This document shows, piece by piece, positions 12,164 through 21,310 of a DNA stretch of 22,944 nucleotides (its first letter is position 1; each line of letters opens with the position of its first letter). The stretch is from Chiloscyllium plagiosum (lineage: Eukaryota). The position numbers were made by a program, and so were the translations under genes. The notes beneath the pieces were generated by a model. The model was not told the origin of the DNA. It searched no databases and was given only the letters and a program-made list of their open reading frames with translations. The stretch is from NCBI RefSeq assembly GCF_004010195.1, contig NC_057752.1:5696971-5719914 (forward strand). Direction: 5' to 3'.

Positions 12164-12783
12164 CTTCTAATTAAACCTGTTGCACTATAACCTGTGTGAT
12201 TTTTAACTTGATCCACCCCAGTCCAAGACTGGAACCTCCACTCATGAAAGGAACTAAATAATAGAAATATTAAATGATGGTAACCTGACACCATATGTTG
12301 TCAATAGTGAGATTTGAAGGCCTACAATCCAATTAAGCCTTTATATATGCATAAAGCATGGCATCGGTAATCTCCACTCGACTGTGTGAAGTTTTTTGCA
12401 AATCAACATATATTGGCTTTCCATTGTTCACTTAGGATATAACTTCCCCAAAACAAGTAAACTTGTTTTCTTACTTGTTTCCCTTCTGAACTGTATTATC
12501 GATCATTAGACATAATATTCTCCCTGAATTTTTGCCTGGTGATGCATGCCATTGTATTACCAATTGTTTACATAAGTAAGATGAATCAGGAGTTTTGAGG
12601 TTACTATTTGCTTCTTTGTTTTAACTATGGTATCTGTGTTAAGATTTTTACAATCGAATAGTTTTCCAGCATTTCATAACTCTTGCATATCACAAATCTC
12701 GCAGTGTCCTACGATAGATACCATCTGCTCTTGGGGATTTGGTCAACTCTTTAAGCTCATCCAGAGGCTTCATCTTGTTTATT

Positions 12784-14099
12784 TAGAACCTAGAACAGGA
12801 CAGCACAGTTCAGGCCCTTCGGCCCTCGATGTTGTGCCGACCTTTTATCCTACTATGGGCGGCATGGTGGCACAGTGGTTAGCACTGCTGCCTCACAGCG
12901 CCAGAGACCCGGGTTCAATTTCCGCCTCAGGCGACTGACTGTGTGGAGTTTGCACGTTCTCCCCGTGTCTGTGTGGGTTTCCTCCGGGTGCTCCTGTTTC
13001 CTCCCACAGTCCAAAGATGTGCAGGTCAGGTGAATTGGCCATGCTAAATTGCCCGTAGTGTTAGGTAAGGGGTAAATGTAGGGGTATGGGTGGGTTACGC
13101 TTCGGCGGGTCGGTGTGGACTTGTTGGGCCGAAGGGCCTGTTTCCACACTGTAATGTAATCTAATCTAATCTACTATAAGATCAGATAACCACATACCCT
13201 TCTTTGTACTATCATCCATGTGCCTATCCAAGAGTCACCCAAATGTCCCTAATGTATCTGACTCTACTACCACCGCTGGCAGTGCATTCCACACACCCAC
13301 CACACTCTATGTAAAGAACCTACCTCTGACATCTCACCTAAACCTTCCTCCAATCACCTTAAAATTAAGCCCCCTCATGATAGCCAGTTCTGCCCTGGGA
13401 AAATGTCTCTGGCTATCCACTATTTATGCCCCTCATCATCTTGTATACCTCTATCAAGTCACCTCTCATCCTTCTTCACTCCAATGAGAAAAGCCCCAGT
13501 TCCCTCAACCTTACTTCACAATATATGCCCTCCAGTCCAGGCAGCATCCTGGTACATCTCCACTGCACCCTCTCGAAAACTTCCACATCTTTCCTATATT
13601 GAGGCGACCAGAACTGAACACAATATTCCAAGTGTGGTCTAACCAGGGCTCTATAGAGCTGCAGCATAACCTTGTGGGTTTTAAACTCAATCCCCCTGCT
13701 AATGGAAGCCAACACACCATACGCCGCCTTAACAACCCTATTAACTTGGGTGACAACTTTGAGGGATCTATGGAGATGGACCCCAAGATCCCTCTGTTCC
13801 TTCACACTGCCAAGAATCCTGCCTTTAACCTTGTAATCTGCTTTCAAATTTGACCTTCCAAAGTGAATCACTTCACACTTTTCCAGCTTGAATTCCATCT
13901 GCCACTATCAGCCCAGTTCTGCATCCTGTCAATGTCCGGTTGCAACCTTCAACGGCCCTCCACACTATCCACCACTCCACCAACCTTCATGTCATTGGCA
14001 AACTTACTAACCCACCCTTCCTTTTCCTCATCCAAGTCATTTATAAAAATCACAAACAGCAGAGGTCCCAGAACTGATCCCTGTGGAACACCACTGGTC
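12784..14099 (-). mobile_element. 5'-truncated CR1 (HER1-like) LINE
   Basis: The minus strand gives [11 protein letters not shown] (~14060-14097) and ORF 13476-13898 (KCEVIHFG, LYRALVRPHLEYCVQFWSP, LRELGLFSLE). The 3' tail GAGGGCCGAAGGGCCTGAACTGTGCTGT plus TTCTA repeats lies at ~12784-12830. Confidence 0.93.
12857..13170 (+). mobile_element. Young full-length HE1-type V-SINE nested in the CR1 3'UTR
   Basis: A box TGGCACAGTGG (12868-12878), B-box-like GGTTCAATTTCC (12912-12923), V-domain, CR1-derived tail, (TAATC)n end and a perfect TSD CTACTAT (12850-12856 and 13171-13177). Confidence 0.96.
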
Positions 14100-14454
14100 C
14101 ATAAATGTACTTGCATTATATGTATGAGTAGAAGGCATGTTATAATTTTGTAAGTAAATCCTTAAAGGCAGAAATCATTGAGTATGTTGACTTGTGATAA
14201 TTTTATTAGGGATACAGAAACGTAATTGTTATTTTACATCAGTTGGTGACCATGGAACTGTTGGATTTGTCAGTGTTAGAAGTGCAAATCCCTTTAAGGC
14301 TGAAACAAATCAACTCTAGAATGAACTGAGAGCAGGACTTTATGTCTTTCTGTACGGCATGTTGGCGATTCCTCTATAGGCTGTTGCTTCTTCTCCTTTA
14401 CCTATTACCAGGACATGCCCTGGCATTCTGTTTTACTGCCATGTGGTGAGGTTC

Positions 14455-15120
14455 CCTAGTGGAAGGCTTTTTACACAGGAATCCTCCCGCTTCCATTGGA
14501 GATCTGGGGTGGAAAATGTTGCACACAGCAGTTCCACGTAATAGTAGGCTGAGGTCGATCATGGACTCCGAGCCCAACTGTTTATTTTGCAGGACTGTCA
14601 TGTTTGTGGACCACACATATGTTGGTTGTAGAAGGTTGCACCCCCTGTTTAATTATTTAAGGAACCTTTTGTTCTTCGTTTTGTTGCAGTTCAGCCTCAC
14701 ACACCTGATCTTTGGGCACCCGGTGCAGAGAGCTGTGGGCAAATCACAGAACTTCTTTGTGAGCCTCCTCCCAGGGCTGGCTAAAGTGGCCATCAATGGG
14801 TTTAGGCAGTGGGCCATGAAGGGGATCATAGTTCTTGACTGCCTGCCCCTCTTCTGCAACTATGTTTGTGCCTGGGTGTCCTTGGAGAGGGACCATCTGG
14901 TGTCCACCAGTGACCCTGAGGCTTTCAGAGAGAGCTGGGCATTGCAGTTACTGCTGTACCAACGGATCTCTAAAGGCAATGGCAGTTTCTACTTTGATTT
15001 AGTCCTTCCCTTGTTTCTGATCTCTTTTGATTTCTGTTATTGTTACACTGCCTCTAGTGGTCAGTGTTTGTTATTAGTTAATTGGGAAATTGGATAACTT
15101 GGCGGTGGGTTTTAAAATTA
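14455..15120 (+). mobile_element. Tx1-like LINE 3' fragment (ORF2 C-terminal zinc-knuckle region + 3'UTR)
   Basis: ORF 14459-15097 contains GDLGWKMLH, CLFC...H...C (CCHC) and LAKVAI, motifs of the L1/Tx1 ORF2 C-terminus. A GT-rich 3'UTR follows. Confidence 0.75.
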
Positions 15121-15134
15121 TATGAAAGAGCTGA

Positions 15135-15450
15135 GAGCCAGGCAATAGAGGGGGTTGTGATTTCTGACTGCCTACCTTTATTCCATGGTTACTGTCATGC
15201 CCGGGTGTCAATGGAGAGGGAGCGAGTAGTAGGGTCAATCAGTACCCTGAAAGCTTTCAGAGAGAGAGAGAGAGAGAGAAGTGGGCATCATCAGGGTTGG
15301 GATGCATTATTTCCTCCACTGACTTCATTTTAATTTCGTCCCCTCCCTTGTTTTCCATCCCTTTTACCTTTTTGTTGTTTTGACGCTGTCGTTGGGAGAC
15401 AGTTCTTGTTGATTGGTTCATATGGTGGGGGGTTTTAAAATTTTAAAGAA
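15135..15450 (+). mobile_element. Second Tx1-like 3' fragment
   Basis: AIEGVVISDCLPLFHGYCHARVSMERE aligns with AMKGIIVLDCLPLFCNYVCAWVSLERD of the preceding copy. Contains an expanded (GA)n at ~15258-15279. Confidence 0.75.
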
Positions 15451-15454
15451 GAGA

Positions 15455-16087
15455 TGGGTTCTTTCCTGCCTCTGTTCTGCGGCTTCTGCTCAGCAGTCCT
15501 TGGAGAGGGAGCACGTGGTGTCCACCAGTACCTTTGAAGCTTCTAGAGAGAGGTGGACTCTGTAGGGGCGAGGTTGCATTATTGCCTCCACCAGCAACAT
15601 TTAGATTTAGTCCCCTCCTGTGTTTTCTCCTGTTTTGTCTTATTATATCTAGCAATGCAGTTACAAACAACTAAATATTTTTCTTCCCCATCACTAAATC
15701 ACTCAATGGTGTTTCTTTGTTAACCACCACTAATAAATCACCCATGTTTCCAATTGAAAACTTTATTTGCAAAGCCTACTGAAGGCAATGCAAACCATCA
15801 AAGGTGAGGTCGAGGTAAGGAGAGGGGGAAGGGGCTAAATAAAAAGGGAGTTGGAAGGGGAGACATGACCCCCTGTAGTGTCCACCTCTCTCTAAAGGCA
15901 TTGAGAGAGTTGGTGGACACCATGTGCTCCCTCTCCAGTGATACCCAGGCATGAATATAGTCATGGGAGAGGGGCAGACCTCCTGGTTTCTTTTATTGTT
16001 GTTATTGTTACGCTGCCCCTAGTGGGCAGTGTTTGTTGTAATTTGTTATTTGGGTAATTTGTTTACTTGATGTGGCTTTCTAAAATA
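15455..16087 (+). mobile_element. Third Tx1-like 3' fragment, split by an inverted copy (15455-15646 and 15980-16087)
   Basis: GTCCTTGGAGAGGGAGCACGTGGTGTCCACCAGTACC matches 14878-14915. 15990-16087 matches the 3'UTR at 15030-15120. Confidence 0.65.
15650..15979 (-). mobile_element. Fourth Tx1-like 3' fragment, inverted
   Basis: TGGTGGACACCATGTGCTCCCTCTCCA (15911-15937) is the reverse complement of the shared core motif. The left boundary is uncertain. Confidence 0.7.
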
Positions 16088-16249
16088 GTGGTTCTTCCCC
16101 AGTGGAGAATTGGTTTCAAGACAAGGAAAGGGAAAGGTCCTTGACAAGGTCCTAAAGGGAAAGATGGTATTTGTAGTACACCATTGGTTTACAATAAATA
16201 TTTCGAGATCAGAAAGTTTCTTTCTGCCGAATTCAACAAATGGATATCA

Positions 16250-16535
16250 ATCTGTTAAACAGGATGGTTGTAAAAACCCATCAGGTTCAATAATATTCCT
16301 TAGGGAAGGAAATTCTATCATCCTTATCTGGCTTAGCCTGCATTTCCCTTGGCTGGTTTGGCCTGCTCGTGGCTCCAGATTCCCAGCAATGTGCTTGATT
16401 TTTAACTGGAATGGCTTAGCAAGCCACTCAGTTTTATTTAAGGCAGCTCACCACCACCTTCTCAAGAGCAATTAGAGATGGAAAAATTAATACTGGCCTT
16501 GCCACTGATGTCTACAATTTGTGAATGGAAAAAAA
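16250..16535 (+). mobile_element. SINE-like bipartite element: LINE 5'UTR-like body fused to the LINE 3' tail
   Basis: 16265-16432 resembles the minus strand of 5210-5330. AAGGCAGCTCACCACCACCTTCTCAAGAGCAATTAGAGATGG (16440 onward) matches 18334-18375. Ends in an A run. Confidence 0.75.
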
Positions 16536-17004
16536 ATGGTCTCTGCTCATCCTGAATTCCATCCACATTCAAGGTCCCATGTTGGTCCTGACTGTGTCCC
16601 CCTTTTATGTAGGAGAACCTGTCACACAGAGCTCATCTGTAAAGTATTGGGAAGATTCAACAAACCACAGAAAATTAGATCAAACAGGGAAGCCAGGAAA
16701 TAGCAAAGGATGGAACAGAGAACTGAAGGAATGAATCCATTCCACCTGCTTTGTCCTCAGCTCGCTGAGACACAGAAAATAATTTGCAATTGACTGACCT
16801 GTCTTCTGCTGATTGCTATTATCATCCTGAAGTAGTTTGAGCTAATCTAGTCTCTTTGCCTAACTTGCACTGGAGCTGTTAAATAAAATTTTATACGTGA
16901 GACTATTTGCTGCTGACATATTTTCGACTGAACATTACTGGTTCCTTGCCAAACCTGTCTCCCATCATTGCTGTGTGTCCTGCTTCCTATCCCATGATTG
17001 AGAA

Positions 17005-17148
17005 GTCTTGGCTCCATGCGTAGCAGACTCACCTTTGAGTCAAAAGTTCATGATCTTAACCCCTAACCCTGAAACTTGAGTACTTTGTCTAGGAGCAGTA
17101 CAGAAAGAGTGCTGCACTGTTAGTGATTCTGCCTTTCAAGGCAAGGCA
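17005..17148 (+). mobile_element. DeuSINE (SacSINE1-like) 5' part
   Basis: Degenerate tRNA-like head followed by GCAGTACAGAAAGAGTGCTGCACTGT, as recalled for shark DeuSINEs. Continues after the LINE at 18431. Confidence 0.55.
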
Positions 17149-17151
17149 TTC

Positions 17152-18430
17152 ATCAGTGAAATGATGGAAGGTGCCATCCACAGTGCTATCAAGCAGCACC
17201 TGTTCAGCAATAACCTGCTCAGTGATGCCCAGTTTGGGTTCCACCAGGGCCACTCAGCTCCTGACCACATTACAGTCTTGGTTCAAACATGGACAAAAGA
17301 TCTGAATTCCAGAGGGGAGAGTGAGAGTCCTTGGCATCAAGGCCACATTTGACTGAGTGTGGCATCAAGGAGCATTTGCAAAACTGTAATCAATGGGTAT
17401 TGGGGACAAACTCTTCGCTAGTTGGAGTCATACTTGGCATATAGGAAGACGGCCATGGTTGTTGGAGGTCAGTCATCTCAGCTCCAAGATAACTCATGGT
17501 AGTGTCCTAGACCCAGTCATCTTCAGCTGCTTCATCAATGATGGTCCTTCCATCATAAGGTCAGAAATGGGGATGTTCGCCAATGACTGCACAAATGTTC
17601 AGCACTATTCGCAATTCTTCAGATACTGAAGGAGTCCATGTTCAAATGCAGCAAGACCTGGACAATATCCAGGCTTAGGCTGACAGGTAACACTCACACC
17701 ACACAAATGCCAGGCAATGATCATATCCAAGAACAATCTAATGACCACCGCTTGACATTCAATGGTGTTACCATCACTGAATCCCCCACTATCAACATCC
17801 TGGGGGGTTATCATTACCTAGAAACTCAACTGTACTCATCATTTAAATATAGTAGCTACAAGAGCAGGTCGGAGGTGAGTAGTTCATCTCCTTACTCACC
17901 AAAACCTGTCCATCATCTACAAGGTTCAAGTCAGGAGTGTGATGGAATACTCCCCACTTGCTGAATTGGTGCAGCTCCAATAACACTCAGTTTGACACTA
18001 TCAAGACAAAATAGCCCACTTGATTGGCACCACATCCACAACCATCCTTCCACCACTGACACTCGGTATCTTCAGTGTCTACTATCTACAAGATGCACTG
18101 TAGAAATCACCAAAGATCCTCAGACAGCACCTTCCAAACCCACAACCATTTCCACCTAGAAAGACAAGGGCAGCAGATACATGGGAATACCATCACCTTC
18201 AAGTTGCCCTCCAAGCCACTCACCATCCTGGTTGGAAATATATCACCATTCCGTCACTGGGTCAAAATCCTGGAATTTCCTCCCTAAGGGCATTGTGGGT
18301 CAACCCCCAGCAGGTGGACTAGAGCGATTCAAGAAGGCAGCTCCCTCCCACCTTGTCAAGGGCTTCTAGGGATGAGCAATAAATGCTGGCCAGCCAGCGA
18401 TGCCCACATTCCACAAATGAATATTAAAAA
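17152..18430 (+). mobile_element. 5'-truncated CR1-group LINE (same family as 2098-5468)
   Basis: AIKQHLFSNNLLSDAQFGF, HGSVLDPVIFSCFIND, MFANDCT and SKSWNFLP..ERFKKAA motifs. The 3' tail is GCAATAAATGCTGGCCAGCCAGCGATGCCCACATTCC plus an A-rich end. Confidence 0.9.
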
Positions 18431-18590
18431 TTAAGCCAAGGTACCGTAAAAGATCCTACAACCCTATTTGAAGAAGAGTAGGAATGGACTTGGCCAACAT
18501 TGATCCCTGAGCTAAAACTACTAAAAACAGATTATTCGGGCATTTATCTCTTTGTTCTTTGTGGGACCTTGCTGTCTGCAAATTGGCTGG
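18431..18590 (+). mobile_element. DeuSINE 3' part (Deu domain)
   Basis: GTAAAAGATCC...CTATTTGAAGAAGAG...AAAAACAGATTAT...TTTGTGGGACCTTGCTGTCTGCAAATTGGCTG matches the recalled Deu-domain consensus of AmnSINE1/SacSINE1. Confidence 0.7.
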
Positions 18591-19732
18591 CACATTAGTG
18601 TGGACATAAAAATAGGCTGTTCAGCCCCTCAAAGTCATCATGTTTCATTTCCAGACAGATGTGTCTGATCCTTCATTCTTAGGATCCCTCTAAGATCTTT
18701 GATTCTGATAGTAACTTTTTATGTTGCCTTCAAGATGTGTTTCTGAATTTACCCACAGTCCAGTGTGCTCTTTTTACTGTTTCGTTCTCCTGGCCAATCT
18801 TTCTTTCTTCTTCAAAATGTCACTCAAACCCTAAAAGAGAAACGTAATCCCTTTTTAATATTCTAATTACCACCCAATTATCTTTATATCAGTACTTTCC
18901 AAGATTATAGAAACTGCCATTCCCTTTAGAGATCCGTTGGTACAGCAGGGGCTGGGGTGATCACCATCACCCTTGATAATGTGGTTGTGATTTGATTTTG
19001 ATAAATTTTCATTCCAGTTCTGTAAGTTTCCATTGATCATTTGATTTTGTTTCGTTTACACTGCCCCACCAGGGGTTGTCCAACCTGCCTGAAGTTTTGT
19101 TTTAAAGGGTAGAAACTGCCATTAATTCTTAGGTTATCCATCAGGTTGAACGCTCTGGTTGTAATCTAAGTTAACTCCTCAAGATACTGTCCAACATCGA
19201 ATGAGACTGATGGAAACCCTGAGGTCGTTCCATGCAACAAAGCTGATACTGTCACAAAACGTTGTCTCTTGTTGACGATACAAACATTTGATTTGTCTGA
19301 TTTGATCATGATGAACTGAACACAGCTGAAAGGTGTTTTTAAAGCTTTATCTGTTTATCTCGAAGACCTGTTGAGTTAATTTGAACCTGCTTATTCTATC
19401 ATTTTAGTACACAGATACCTGGGGAACTGGGTCAGTTACACAGCCACATACATGGATAGAGGTGGCTTGGAGATATGGCTACAGGCATAGACACATAGGT
19501 GTATACAATGCTAAACAGGCACACATGGGGAGCTCTGACACTTGCAGTAAATAAAGTTCACAAATTTAAAGAATTAAACACAATTACAATGGGAAAATAA
19601 ATGTTTATTACAATTTGATTCACTATAAAATGGTTTTTAAACAAACAAGTCAATGAAACAACCAAAGAAACAAGTTTGAACATAAGACCTTTCAACCTGT
19701 GCTATAGAACTGCTCCTACTCAGTTCATTAAT

Positions 19733-19790
19733 AAATATTTTATTTACAAATTGTTCCAGAAATATTCCAGTGCACAATATTTACAAAAGA
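19733..19790 (-). terminator. Candidate polyadenylation signal region of a minus-strand transcript
   Basis: The minus strand reads TTGTAAATATTGTGCACTGG...TTTGTAAATAAAAATATTT, giving AATAAA plus two TGTAAATA (Pumilio-type) motifs in an AT-rich non-repetitive context. Confidence 0.3.
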
Positions 19791-21144
19791 GAAGACACAA
19801 TTCAAAAGATAAGAATCACTACAAAAATCTTTGATTTTCGCTAGACATTCTTTGTACATTTGGTAACTAGTTTGCTTTGTGATTATTGTATTATATATTT
19901 CTGATATTATAAACACTTGTTAGTTATGTAAGGGGAAAACTAGGATTTCTCAAAAGACTTAGGACTGAAAATCTTTCCTCTTCCACTATTAGATAACTGT
20001 CGCTTATTTCCACTTAGTTTAGCATTTTAATGAATAACCAGAAGATCACTTGAGTCCCCATTCAAAGGAAATTAGGGAAAACTTGGATCATTGCTTTTTC
20101 CAAGTAATACAAGAGAATTAGATGGAGAAAGAGGCTATCTTCTGTCTTAAAGGGGAATTAAATTATGAAGTGATGCCCTTCCTGTCAATGCACAACTTTT
20201 TTTCATCTACTGTGCTTCTGTACTTAGATGATTCAAAACCCTGTGGTCAGCAGAATGCAAAGAACTCTGGTATGGGAAGAAAATCCCCATGAATCTTCTA
20301 CCCATTTATTAATTGAATGCTTTGCCCACATTTCAATTACCTTAGAAAGGAACGAGTCCATAGTACCTGCTCTCCCCAGCAAAAAAAAAAGGAATTGTGA
20401 CTTTGCCTGTAGTTCAGATCACTTTATAGTTGTGCTAATTTGTATGGTTAAGATCTGGGAAAGTACCACTTAATTTTCCCTTCTTGCAGTCAGAGGTGCA
20501 TGTTAACCAGCATGAAGACTTACGTAAACCCACCTCCCTCAGCCATGAATGTCTTTGTCTTAATTGACGTTAAAAATGGAGTCACATACAGCTGCCATAA
20601 ACTTATATGTCCAATGTAAGAAAACCAAGTCCTTACGACATGACTCCTGGATATTGCAAAATTATGGAATTAAAGAAAAGTGAAGATTTTTTAAAAAATA
20701 AAGTGATAGCATGCCGCACGTAAATAAAACTTAGTGGTGAACAGGCTGTGAATTCTTGGGGGTGAAACATTCACTTCTGTCAGAGTTTATCCTAAATGCA
20801 GATAGATTTACTCTGCCAGTGCGCTGTATATACTCCAAATACGCTTCCTCATCCAATAGTTTTGTGTCTGCAGACCTGCGTTATGATGTAGTATGTGGTA
20901 TGTCTGTATACTGTTCTCAATATTGTCCAATGTTCTTCCCTTTGGGTTACAGTCTATCTGCTATCTCTGTGCTGTTCCCTCGGTTGTATAGTGCTTGCAT
21001 CCCTTCTAAAGTTATCAAGAGTTTCCACTCAGTGCTGCTGATCTTACACAAGTGCAATTTGCCCAAAAATCACCATTTCTGCACCAACTCTGCGAATAAG
21101 GATTTCACTTCGTGTCATTCTCTTACTTCTCCCCGTAAGAACTA

Positions 21145-21310
21145 GAGTCTAATTCCCTTTGACATTTCCTTTCAATTGGATCTGCATCCATCATGCTCAC
21201 AGGCAGCGCATCCCATACGCCACACTCTGAATGATTGTGCTGCTTTTGTCAATTAATTTAAATCTGTGCCCTCTCTTGTTCTCGATCCTTTCGAGACTGG
21301 GGACAGTTCA
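21145..21310 (-). mobile_element. Old CR1 3' remnant
   Basis: The minus strand resembles the end of CR1 ORF2 (CAGAGTGTGGCGTATGGGATGCGCTGCCTG...GATGGATGCAGAT...AAAGGGAATTAGA); compare 9431-9515. Confidence 0.55.

Larger units (their letters stand above)
8225..12246 (+). mobile_element. Penelope-like element, Neptune type, unit length
   Basis: RT plus GIY-YIG coding remnants. A ~36-bp direct repeat at both ends (8225-8260 and 12212-12246, 33/36). Flanking TGAAAGGAGCTCA (8211-8223) and TGAAAGGAACTAA (12245-12257) form an 11/13 TSD. CA/CT-rich tract after the ORF. Confidence 0.93.

Noticed and set aside
12857..12930. tRNA gene
   Set aside because: The tRNA-like head continues into a V-domain and LINE tail with a TSD, so it is a SINE.
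14459..15097. Longest ORF (212 aa) as a host or domesticated gene
   Set aside because: It is a Tx1-like ORF2 C-terminus with a non-ATG start that reads through the 41-bp patch into the 3'UTR.
14455..16087. CRISPR-like repeat-spacer array
   Set aside because: The units are long, irregular retroelement fragments in eukaryotic DNA, with no constant short repeat and no cas genes.
18650..21150. Endogenous viral element
   Set aside because: The translations I checked show no viral motifs or long reading frames; a tBLASTx search would be needed to exclude it fully.
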